Virus record (IMG/VR): IMGVR_UViG_3300008516_000951
Coordinates: 3,930 to 67,929 of that record
Origin: a virus
Direction: 5' to 3' (one strand)
DNA length: 64,000 bases
The position numbers and the translations under genes are program-made. Below, one piece after another: positions 46,761-55,356 of this stretch. The notes beneath the pieces are model-generated. The model did not search any database. It was not told the DNA's origin and saw nothing but the letters and a program-made list of their open reading frames with translations. How positions within the stretch are numbered: the first letter of the stretch is position 1; each line of letters starts with the position of its first letter.

Positions 46761-47219
46761 CTAAACTGTCACATTCTTTATTGTTGCTGAAAAACCTACC
46801 TCAAATAAAAACCGTCTCTTGGTCCCTTCTTCTAATCCCAAGGTATTAACAGGACCATCACGTGAAACGTTTTTCAATTCATAACTTTGTGCATCCACTA
46901 CGACAGATGAGTTGTCTATTCTGTCTAACTTAAATGCAATAGCTTCTATTTTCTTATAACCCTTTTCATAATTAGAGGAACGCAATCTGAATATAATACC
47001 CTGATGTTTTATCACCTCACCACTACTCATCAAGCGTCCGTCTTTAGAACCACTCACACCTATAACAACCCCGGCATTAACCTTAACATTAGCACCGTCC
47101 GGTAAAGAGGCCACATATAAAGGCCAAGTGGCTCTTGCCGAAGGCACAGTCATCAATCCTTCACCTATAATATAAGTGGCCATAATAGAAGCTGGTGTAT
47201 TTATCAGTTCTATACCCAT
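46761..47219 (-). CDS. Tail terminator-like protein, paralog 2
   Basis: Position, and similarity to 47219-47764 (WPLYVAS.PDG, KDGRLM, KRRFLF). Confidence 0.7.
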   Translation of the reverse strand: MGIELINTPASIMATYIIGEGLMTVPSARATWPLYVASLPDGANVKVNAGVVIGVSGSKDGRLMSSGEVIKHQGIIFRLRSSNYEKGYKKIEAIAFKLDRIDNSSVVVDAQSYELKNVSRDGPVNTLGLEEGTKRRFLFEVGFSATIKNVTV

Positions 47220-47764
47220 CAGCCCGTCAATTCCTTAATAGTTGCAAGGAAATTAGTTGTGAACAAAAATCGTCTTTTCGTAGAATCCCTTTCCAATCCC
47301 AAAGGTACTATTGGTGATGTTCGAGATACATTCAAAATCTCATATTCCAACGGTGATATTTCAATTGTTTGATTCAACACAGCATCCAAGTCGGATACAA
47401 TATCTTCAATCTTTTCAAATCCTTCATTATACTCTCTGGAACGAATACGAATTTGCATACCATAATGCTGAATCATAGAACCAATCATTAACCGCCCATC
47501 TTTAATCCCCAAAGTATCATAGACCGCACCGACATTGGTCTCAACATTATCACCATCCGGCATAGATGCTACATACAAAGGCCAATTTCCCTGCACAGAC
47601 GGACGGGTCATCAAAGCCAATGTTTGTATAATATACTCGGCAATAACAGTAGCCGGGGAATTGACTAATATATCGCTTCCTTGCGTAGTACGAAGGGACG
47701 TTAAAATCAACGACCCTCCTGTCGCAGCAGCTATGTAATTGTCACCGACTATTATTTTACTCAT
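47219..47764 (-). CDS. Tail terminator-like protein, paralog 1
   Basis: QIRIRS..Y..G, LG....RRFLFTTNF. Confidence 0.7.
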   Translation of the reverse strand: MSKIIVGDNYIAAATGGSLILTSLRTTQGSDILVNSPATVIAEYIIQTLALMTRPSVQGNWPLYVASMPDGDNVETNVGAVYDTLGIKDGRLMIGSMIQHYGMQIRIRSREYNEGFEKIEDIVSDLDAVLNQTIEISPLEYEILNVSRTSPIVPLGLERDSTKRRFLFTTNFLATIKELTG

Positions 47765-48240
47765 ACTATCGTTACCGTCTTATACGGACTGGTTTGGGAC
47801 AACACAATTTCCATCACAACAGTTGTCCCATCAGAAGCATCCAATAATTGATAAGTGTCGGTTGTACCGGTTTTCAATTGCCACTTCCCGGCAGACCAAG
47901 CCGCCAATATTTTTAACAATACTTCATAAGTCATAGCACCACCGGCAGTAAATCGTGTATCTGCCATCAAAGCATCTACAATTTCAGCAGCAGTTATCGA
48001 CCCACCTGCAATTGTCACATCCGGTTGATAAACAGCAAAACCAATTTTATCAATACCGTCATCAATAAGAACTAAGTCACCCGCCTCCACAAGAGTAGAT
48101 GAACCAATATAAACACCACTTACACCTACATTCGTTTCCGGCATTGATACCAATAAATCTCTATTGGTCCCATCTGCTTTGTAGATATTAGCAGTTAGTA
48201 TATTACCCGGTTCCCAACCAAATGGAATTTCATTCGCCAT
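47761..48240 (-). CDS. Probable virion accessory protein
   Basis: 159 aa, in the neck module after the fibre-like gene. Confidence 0.55.
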   Translation of the reverse strand: MANEIPFGWEPGNILTANIYKADGTNRDLLVSMPETNVGVSGVYIGSSTLVEAGDLVLIDDGIDKIGFAVYQPDVTIAGGSITAAEIVDALMADTRFTAGGAMTYEVLLKILAAWSAGKWQLKTGTTDTYQLLDASDGTTVVMEIVLSQTSPYKTVTIV

Positions 48241-48628
48241 TTACTTTTTTCAAATCTTCCTTGGCTTGCTCTACCATTTCTTCTTTAATATCTTCTTTAA
48301 CTTCTTTCTTTCCTTCATCCAGTCCACTTGCATTATCCTCCAATATGATTGAAACAGATGCTACTACAAAAGACTGGAAAGTGACTAGCATACAATCCTG
48401 AATCAATTTTGCTTCAGCTATCGAAATCTCACAATTTGAAAACTGAAATTTTTTGGCCAAATCCCAACGCTCAAGCATCTTTATTAAGGTCTTCTCCAAA
48501 ACAGGAGCATTACCTAAAGCGTGGACAATAATATCACCCAATATCCAGGGTTCTTCCTTCCCATCAATTAACCTCATAAAAGGTTTACCATCGGGGCCAA
48601 ATACACTTTGTGTTGTGTCTAAAACCAT
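48230..48628 (-). CDS. Hypothetical protein (possible fibre chaperone)
   Basis: RBS GGAAAGGA, follows the fibre-like gene. Confidence 0.55.
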   Translation of the reverse strand: MVLDTTQSVFGPDGKPFMRLIDGKEEPWILGDIIVHALGNAPVLEKTLIKMLERWDLAKKFQFSNCEISIAEAKLIQDCMLVTFQSFVVASVSIILEDNASGLDEGKKEVKEDIKEEMVEQAKEDLKKVNGE

Positions 48629-48648
48629 CGTTATATCCTTTCCAAAAA

Positions 48649-50310
48649 TTAACTTAATGACGTTATAATTCCACCATTTACGGTTACAGTATTCCCATTA
48701 TTATCCACAAAAGACCCATCCACTCCGGCTACACCATTGTCTGCAAATCCACCACCGGCATTTACTGTCCCAGTAGTCCTCACCTCAGTTACATTGGAAT
48801 CCCCCAACATCACCTGATTAGAAGCATCCGGCTCGGCATTATAGCCTATTGCCGTTGAATTTGTATAGATTAACTGTGGGGTTAATTTATGACCTACTCC
48901 AGTACCCTGCTGTATCATTAAATCGAAGAGTAGTTCTAAAGTGTTTGCATTAATGACTTTCCAAAGATAAACAGTACCATCAACAAGAATCGGCAAAGGT
49001 GCTGAACCCTCTGTAAATTTCAAATTATGATAAGTTCCGATGGCTCCTATACCGTGGCCTACGATAGTCACCCGATTATTTGCTGTATCTACATCTACAT
49101 TGTCAAAAGTAACAGCACTTCCTGCATCTTCGACAAACGTATTAAAAGCATTATAACCTAAAGCTGAATTATAATCACCATCATTATATTGTCCTGCATA
49201 AGGTCCAAAGGCTGTTAAATAACTACCAGTATTTCGTTGACCGGAATATGAACCATAACAAGACTGCCAAATACCTGTGTTAAAATGACCGGAATATGAA
49301 CCAAAAACTGATTGGTCTGTAGCAGAATTTTTATATCCTGCATATCTACCAAGTGCTGTTTGATTGGCACCTGTATTAGCATAACCAGCAGGATTGCCAA
49401 AAGCAGTTTGATTTGCACCCGTATTTTGAAAACCCGCATTAGAACCAAAAGCAGTCTGCGATGCACCGGAATTTTGAAAACCTGCACCAAAACCAAATAC
49501 TGTTTGTGATGCACCAGAATTAGTATTTCCAGCATTATGCCCAATAGCAGTCTGCCCTGCACCCGTATTATCTAAACCTGCTGAATGACCTATCGTAGTA
49601 ACATAGGTTTTAGTATTACCTTTTGATGCCGAATATCCTAAAGATGTAACACCAGCTAATAAAACACCCTCAGCATTTGTACCTATTGAAGTACTTTGAT
49701 TCGTATCGTCAAATTCAAAGTTGTTAGCATATATCTTCTGGTTAAAGGTAACTGTTCCAGTGGTAGTAAAACCAAAAGCTCCCCCATCACTGTTTACTGC
49801 ATCGTGCTGTAAAGTATCCCCATTATGAAGATGATTGGAAAGCGAATATGTATTAGTATCCAAAGCAAATGTGTCGGCTGCCGTCATCTTAACAAAAGAA
49901 ACCGAAGCATAAACCAACACCGACAAACTCATCAAATTAACGTGAAACGCTTGAACATCCGTACCTATCACCAAACTCAATTCAGCAGGCGTCACTTGAT
50001 GCGGATTCCCTACAATCAATTGCGAATGAGCATAAGCCGTATTCCAATTCGTTATATCTCCAGACATTATGCCCACTGCAGCACTGGCTGAAAAAATAGG
50101 ATCAACTTCAACCGTCAAATATCCTGCTAAGGCGTGGTCGCCCCAACTATATGCTGCATCCCACTCAGCATTAATCACAGCATTAGCTATATTGCCTGAA
50201 TCTATATTAGCATTAGTAACAACCTGACTCCCCATATCCCAAGCACCGGCCAATGCTACTGAACCATCTTTACGTAAAGCTCCAACATCTTTTAACACAG
50301 ACACTATCAA
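48649..50310 (-). CDS. Fibre/adhesin-like virion protein with 16-aa beta-roll repeats
   Basis: About 10 tandem TA(F/I)GxxAGxxN(T/S)GxxQ repeats, NPHQVT, C-terminal TVNGGIIT. Confidence 0.75.
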   Translation of the reverse strand: MIVSVLKDVGALRKDGSVALAGAWDMGSQVVTNANIDSGNIANAVINAEWDAAYSWGDHALAGYLTVEVDPIFSASAAVGIMSGDITNWNTAYAHSQLIVGNPHQVTPAELSLVIGTDVQAFHVNLMSLSVLVYASVSFVKMTAADTFALDTNTYSLSNHLHNGDTLQHDAVNSDGGAFGFTTTGTVTFNQKIYANNFEFDDTNQSTSIGTNAEGVLLAGVTSLGYSASKGNTKTYVTTIGHSAGLDNTGAGQTAIGHNAGNTNSGASQTVFGFGAGFQNSGASQTAFGSNAGFQNTGANQTAFGNPAGYANTGANQTALGRYAGYKNSATDQSVFGSYSGHFNTGIWQSCYGSYSGQRNTGSYLTAFGPYAGQYNDGDYNSALGYNAFNTFVEDAGSAVTFDNVDVDTANNRVTIVGHGIGAIGTYHNLKFTEGSAPLPILVDGTVYLWKVINANTLELLFDLMIQQGTGVGHKLTPQLIYTNSTAIGYNAEPDASNQVMLGDSNVTEVRTTGTVNAGGGFADNGVAGVDGSFVDNNGNTVTVNGGIITSLS

Positions 50311-50768
50311 AGTCGTTTTGCCTCTCTGGTTATGATTGCAATTATTTCAGATTTCTTTTCTCTGGCAGGCTTCTCTAAAAATTTAGCTTGTTGATTTGGT
50401 CCGCGTTTGGACCATTTCTTTTTTTGAGCAGGTGTAGTGGCTGATGCAATCCTATCAGCATACGCTACATTAAACCTTTCGCCGTGCAATGCCTCCAAAT
50501 TTTCGTGAACATATATAGCATAATCACACGCGGAAGAACCGTAACTTACAATTATATCAGTGCGAAAACCGATTCCACCTACATTTCGAGTGGTTGCAGT
50601 TGCTTTCAAATTACCCAAATCAACAGGAACAATTTTCATACTCTCACGTTGTAAGAATATCCCGGCTCTTTTCAAACCACGGCCTATCCCCATACCAATT
50701 TTATCATTAGCACTACGAAGGTTTCGCAGCACGGTAGGCAGCCCGGATATTTTTATCAATCGAGCCAT
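50307..50768 (-). CDS. Neck/tail completion protein (HK97 gp10-like)
   Basis: VPVDLGNL, YAIYVHE, QAKFLEKP. Confidence 0.8.
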   Translation of the reverse strand: MARLIKISGLPTVLRNLRSANDKIGMGIGRGLKRAGIFLQRESMKIVPVDLGNLKATATTRNVGGIGFRTDIIVSYGSSACDYAIYVHENLEALHGERFNVAYADRIASATTPAQKKKWSKRGPNQQAKFLEKPAREKKSEIIAIITREAKRL

Positions 50769-51133
50769 TACAATATCGCCGTTCGCAAAAATTCAGTTGC
50801 TCTCAAATTCGGATTCTTGAGAAAACCTCTTATTTCCCAAGCACCTTCGTTTTCCTTGATGTTCACAGGTTCAACAATATCTGCAATTTCACCTAACATC
50901 AAAACACCACCTATATCCACATCACAGTCAACATAGACTTTGGCCTTAGACAATTCACGAGTGCCATCCGGCCCAATAAATTCCTCAACAGCATCGTCCC
51001 ATCGGCACTTTATTGGTATCGGGTCTGCCCATTGAGGTTGTCCATAATCATCAAAATCAACACCACCACTTTCATCTGAAGCCAAAGGCCAGTACACACC
51101 ATCCTGTTTTCGCATTCGATTTATAATGGACAT
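50768..51133 (-). CDS. Head closure protein
   Basis: DDYGQP, IKCRW, position. Confidence 0.75.
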   Translation of the reverse strand: MSIINRMRKQDGVYWPLASDESGGVDFDDYGQPQWADPIPIKCRWDDAVEEFIGPDGTRELSKAKVYVDCDVDIGGVLMLGEIADIVEPVNIKENEGAWEIRGFLKNPNLRATEFLRTAIL

Positions 51134-51135
51134 TC

Positions 51136-51417
51136 TTAATTACCATTTTCCATTTGCATCTTCTTAATATCATCAACACCAGATTTGATATACTTAATAT
51201 CGGATTGGATAGTGATAATATCTTCCCGATTTCTTTGGGCCTTTGCCTTGGCCTCTATAATAGCCAAGTCATTGAAATGAAGGCTCTCAGAATTTATAAG
51301 AACATCTTTTCTCAGAGAAGCATATCCCATCCCCACAGCAAAAATAACACTGAGAAAAGGTACTGCATACAACAAGAAATTCCTTACTATATTGTTACCA
51401 TTCTTCTCTTTAGACAT
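51136..51417 (-). CDS. Single-TM coiled-coil protein (holin-like)
   Basis: Hydrophobic FLLYAVPFLSVIFAVGMGY then IQSDIKYIKSGVDDIK. Confidence 0.55.
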   Translation of the reverse strand: MSKEKNGNNIVRNFLLYAVPFLSVIFAVGMGYASLRKDVLINSESLHFNDLAIIEAKAKAQRNREDIITIQSDIKYIKSGVDDIKKMQMENGN

Positions 51418-51432
51418 CCGAAGCCCTTTCAA

Positions 51433-51849
51433 TTATTCAACAGTTTCTTCCTCTGTCCCCAACCACAACACGCTTACCGACGGGGATTTACCCTTCTTAA
51501 TATCCTCATTCAATTTAGCCAAATTACCGTCCGTATCCATTCGCATCGCAGTCTGGCCATAATGAGAAGTGTCAAATCCCAAGTCAACCCTGGACTGCAT
51601 TGTCTCCGAAACCGGACCGGCCTTTTCCTGAAATGCCCTCATATCCCGATTTGTGTAAAAGTGAGCCGACAACCACCTTTCAATTAGCTCCAAACGCACC
51701 GCAGTATAGCCACTATCGGTACATAACTCAGTTACTAACTGATTAGCTATTGTAATAAAAGGGTCCAAGTCAATAGCAGCATCAACTTCGATAATCCCTT
51801 CAACCAGAGTCGGAGTCGTCCTGTTCGCCATCGTTACCATCACTTTCAT
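51433..51849 (-). CDS. Head-tail adaptor protein
   Basis: ERWLSAHF, TSHYGQ..MRMD. Confidence 0.75.
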   Translation of the reverse strand: MKVMVTMANRTTPTLVEGIIEVDAAIDLDPFITIANQLVTELCTDSGYTAVRLELIERWLSAHFYTNRDMRAFQEKAGPVSETMQSRVDLGFDTSHYGQTAMRMDTDGNLAKLNEDIKKGKSPSVSVLWLGTEEETVE

Positions 51850-52033
51850 TTACAGCGTTGTCCCACCTGTTCACAGCCGCCTCAACTTCTTTACGGGCTG
51901 CTGCTATTTCTTCGGGTGAAATGATTTCTCCGGCCTGGACTCTTTTAGCCAATTCAGAAATTTCCTCAACTACGCCTATACCATCTGCAATGAGTTTTAT
52001 AATCAACAGAATAGATGCAATATCCACAGGCAT
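51800..52033 (-). CDS. Small hypothetical protein
   Basis: 77 aa, coupled to the upstream lipoprotein-like gene. Confidence 0.6.
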   Translation of the reverse strand: MPVDIASILLIIKLIADGIGVVEEISELAKRVQAGEIISPEEIAAARKEVEAAVNRWDNAVNESDGNDGEQDDSDSG

Positions 52034-52593
52034 TATTTATCACCCCCTTTCATAAGTTGATATTCTATCAATTTGGTCAGTACATTCCTAAAATGTGTCG
52101 CTATGTCGGGGGCTTCCTCACCATTCTCTAACATCAAATCCCATTCGGACAAGTAATCGCGTCCCTGGTAAATCAAATTTGTAATTCGTTTAGTTTGTTT
52201 CGGTTTGAATTCGCCCGCCAGTTGTAACTCCGTTAAAACATTCACCGTCGCGGCAAAACTTTTTTGGGCCACCAACAATTCAGCTTGCGGATTTTGCTGA
52301 AACTCAGAAGCACAGCCAGAAAGGAACAACAGGCAGCACAGCAAAACAATTGCATTCGCTGCCTGTTGTCCGGCAGAAGGAGAACTATTGTTCTTGTCTT
52401 TTTTCACAGCACCCTGCTTCAAATCAAATCCAAATATCTTCGCTAATGCTTTCAGCCAAATACCTATCTCATCTAATGCCTTGTCATCTCGCGGTGTAGG
52501 CGTTATAACTACAATAGTCCGAGCCGCAGTATACGCCGCCCCTATCAAAGCAAACCACTCTACATAATGGTCTCCTATCCATTCAAGCATCAT
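52033..52593 (-). CDS. Membrane protein: holin-like N-part plus internal lipobox
   Basis: ARTIVVITPTPRDD holin-like motif, LLCCLLFLSGC lipobox. Confidence 0.6.
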   Translation of the reverse strand: MMLEWIGDHYVEWFALIGAAYTAARTIVVITPTPRDDKALDEIGIWLKALAKIFGFDLKQGAVKKDKNNSSPSAGQQAANAIVLLCCLLFLSGCASEFQQNPQAELLVAQKSFAATVNVLTELQLAGEFKPKQTKRITNLIYQGRDYLSEWDLMLENGEEAPDIATHFRNVLTKLIEYQLMKGGDK

Positions 52594-53228
52594 ACTTGCT
52601 CCTTTCTTTTTGCAAAAAAATCTTTCACAGAAATCTTCGGAAAACAATCCAAACAACTATCATCGGTAATGTTGATAATTTGACGGCCTGGAAATACTTT
52701 AGGCAAATCCTTTTTCACAAATTGGAATCCCGTTACAAATTTAGGATATACACTTTCGGAGGGTTTGGCGATAAGATGGTCGTGCCAATTAGATTTACCT
52801 TCTTTCGATAGTTTCATATCAAAGCCTAAGAGATAAACCGTCTTTGCACCAAGAATCAAAGCGAGATTTACAGCACTCGCCCCAGTATTATCATTCCAAC
52901 CCAATGCGTCGGTGTGAAGCCCTCTGGCTTCACGTCCCATAGTCCACAGCCAAGACAATCGGGTTTTGTATAGTTGGGGAGCCGATGTAAAAATCACACC
53001 ACCTGTAACTTCGTATTGATTTAAGTCCCTTTTAAATTTTTTGAACCATTTTGCATCACCAAAAAAGCATATTTTACAAACGTCCTTTCCCAATCTGAAA
53101 GCTGTATTACAACCTATTGTCAATTCATTCTTGAAGAAAGTCCAATCGAAATTGCGTAAAGAATCCCCTCCGCCAATTACAAAAACATCCTGACCCTTCC
53201 ATTTTGATTCAGGCTTCCAGGGAGGCAT
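52590..53228 (-). CDS. Second DUF115/Maf-like transferase, inside the head module
   Basis: FVIGGGDSL, IGCN, NTGASAVNLALILGAKTVYLLGFDM, NWH. Confidence 0.7.
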   Translation of the reverse strand: MPPWKPESKWKGQDVFVIGGGDSLRNFDWTFFKNELTIGCNTAFRLGKDVCKICFFGDAKWFKKFKRDLNQYEVTGGVIFTSAPQLYKTRLSWLWTMGREARGLHTDALGWNDNTGASAVNLALILGAKTVYLLGFDMKLSKEGKSNWHDHLIAKPSESVYPKFVTGFQFVKKDLPKVFPGRQIINITDDSCLDCFPKISVKDFFAKRKEQV

Positions 53229-53230
53229 TT

Positions 53231-53674
53231 TTAATCCTCCTCATACTCCTGCAAAAATGAAGTAACTTGAGAAGCCCTCAATTTCTTCTCATTCATAACT
53301 TCACCGTCATCAGGATCAACAACTGTGTACCAAGCACCTTTCTTAAACACCTGCAATTGAACCTTAGATGCAATTGGAAATTCATCGGTGATATCCACAC
53401 CGTGCTTACTTTCTACAGGTGATTCCGGTTCCAGTTTAGATTCAGGTGAGGGGGGCGGAGGAATAGATACCCCCTCACCTTTCGTGGGTTCGGGAATTGT
53501 CGGTGTCGCCGGGACAGCAATCCCTTCCCCACCTGCCGAAACATTGTCTACACGAATAAACTTGTTTGGAAACAAATCAACCAAATCGTGCGGTGATTCT
53601 ATTGTATCACCAGCCTTGTAAATCTTTCCGTTCTCTGAATGCCCACCTACTTTATCCTTGAGCTTAAACAGCAT
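53231..53674 (-). CDS. Capsid-adjacent accessory protein with Pro-rich linker
   Basis: YKAGDTIE small domain, Pro/Glu linker, GAWYTV domain. Confidence 0.6.
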   Translation of the reverse strand: MLFKLKDKVGGHSENGKIYKAGDTIESPHDLVDLFPNKFIRVDNVSAGGEGIAVPATPTIPEPTKGEGVSIPPPPSPESKLEPESPVESKHGVDITDEFPIASKVQLQVFKKGAWYTVVDPDDGEVMNEKKLRASQVTSFLQEYEED

Positions 53675-53740
53675 AATATAGTCCTTTCCGAAGAAATCCT
53701 ATTGATATTACAAGAATTTACTTTCACCTGACATTCACAA

Positions 53741-54796
53741 TCAAACAGAAGCGTGGCCAATTCCGGTCGAACCGTTTTGGTCGGCCCTCATTTGGGGAAC
53801 CATAATGTTCATAACTTTGAAGTTGACTTGAAGGCCGCCGAATGAATCCCACTGAACCGTAGTGGTATTCATACCGATTACTTCGCGTACAACATCAGCA
53901 GTCATTTGAACCATCAGAATATCATAATTCTGCAACCAATCCGATGTATTCAAACTTACAAAATCCCCAACAGAAAGAATACGTTCACGAAGTGTAGTAG
54001 CCAAAGCAGTCTTGAAGTCTTCATCAAGATACGTGTCCCAACTTGGAGCGTTGTACAGCAACCACGGGCCGTGGTAATGAATGTTTTTCATCTGCTGACG
54101 CAAACCTAACAATTCAGTTATCAATGTGCTACCAGTCCAGCCAGCAGCCGCCGGAGAAGTGAAAGTCGCTGTTCTACGCGCCGGATAGTTGGTGTAGCCA
54201 TAAATAGTGCCACCACCATATACATAAGTAGATAGCCTGCCCAATAACATCTGTTCATTACTTTCAGCCACTTTGCGGGCAGCCAGTTCGGCCATCGTTG
54301 TATCAAGCGGTGAATTACCACTACGAGAAATAGCAATCTGCCGAGCCGAAAACATAAAATCCTTATGAGTTATTGGCAACGGTAAATTTGTCAACTCATA
54401 AACGGGACGGTCATTAGGATTATCCCTTAATCCGTCCATACTGATAGAGGCATCGTTAATGTCACTTTGCGTTTCAGTTTGGAACACTGATTTTCCCATT
54501 CCATTAGGAATGCTATAAGTCAATCCCTTCCCCAAAAGGTCGGCCACGGCACGTAATCTTTCACGAGCTACTTTAAGAACAGCTTCGTCCAAATGTATCC
54601 AGTCGTCCTTACGCAACGTCGCTGTAGCATTAGCCGCCAAAGGCACAGCTTTGGGTTTGCTATACCTATCGTTTTGGGTGATATAACTTTTCCCATCTTT
54701 CCCAATATAGGGCCGCAAAGCATTAACATTAAAATTAGAGGCCAACAACTTACTTGCAACATCGCCACTGGCCTGACCGTTCATAATAAAATCCAT
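53741..54796 (-). CDS. Major capsid protein (HK97 fold, linocin/DUF2184-like)
   Basis: LPITHKDF..SAR, AARKVAE..EQM, YGYTNYP. Follows the decoration and scaffold genes. Confidence 0.88.
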   Translation of the reverse strand: MDFIMNGQASGDVASKLLASNFNVNALRPYIGKDGKSYITQNDRYSKPKAVPLAANATATLRKDDWIHLDEAVLKVARERLRAVADLLGKGLTYSIPNGMGKSVFQTETQSDINDASISMDGLRDNPNDRPVYELTNLPLPITHKDFMFSARQIAISRSGNSPLDTTMAELAARKVAESNEQMLLGRLSTYVYGGGTIYGYTNYPARRTATFTSPAAAGWTGSTLITELLGLRQQMKNIHYHGPWLLYNAPSWDTYLDEDFKTALATTLRERILSVGDFVSLNTSDWLQNYDILMVQMTADVVREVIGMNTTTVQWDSFGGLQVNFKVMNIMVPQMRADQNGSTGIGHASV

Positions 54797-54860
54797 TGTA
54801 AATCCTTTCAAACAAACAAAAACAATTCACTTAACTTCACTTCTTTCCTCGAAAGCAAAA

Positions 54861-55289
54861 TTAGATAACTCGCACCCTGGCCAAAGTGTTAACTGCACCG
54901 GAATCAGTCAAATCACACGCTTCCATTGCGTATGCTATAACCCTTTGGGTCGTTGCAGTACGCTCAATAAGCGTCCCATCACCACCACTAACAAGTTTAT
55001 CGCCAATTGCAATATCCTGGTCAGCCTGAATCAAGGCCCTTACTTCACTACCTTTATTCGGTAAAATACAAGACACGACATTTTCAATAGTATAAACCGT
55101 GTCAACAGTATTCGCCTGCAAAGCATCCTCTTCAGCAAACAAAGCCTCAGCTATATCCCCCACAGACGAATGGGGTAATACTTGATTACTTGAATCAACC
55201 TCTAACAACATACCCGGATAAATACCGGCCACATCTGCAGTATGCTCTTCGTGCCGGTAAGTACCCGCCGAATGAATTCGATTAGCCAT
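54861..55289 (-). CDS. Capsid decoration/cement protein
   Basis: IYPGMLL, IAIGDKLVSGGDGTL, IAYAMEA. Confidence 0.8.
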   Translation of the reverse strand: MANRIHSAGTYRHEEHTADVAGIYPGMLLEVDSSNQVLPHSSVGDIAEALFAEEDALQANTVDTVYTIENVVSCILPNKGSEVRALIQADQDIAIGDKLVSGGDGTLIERTATTQRVIAYAMEACDLTDSGAVNTLARVRVI

Positions 55290-55356
55290 TGTTAAACCTT
55301 TCCATTAAACCTTTTATTTACCATTCATAAACAGTCGTCATCAAAAGCAAAATACA

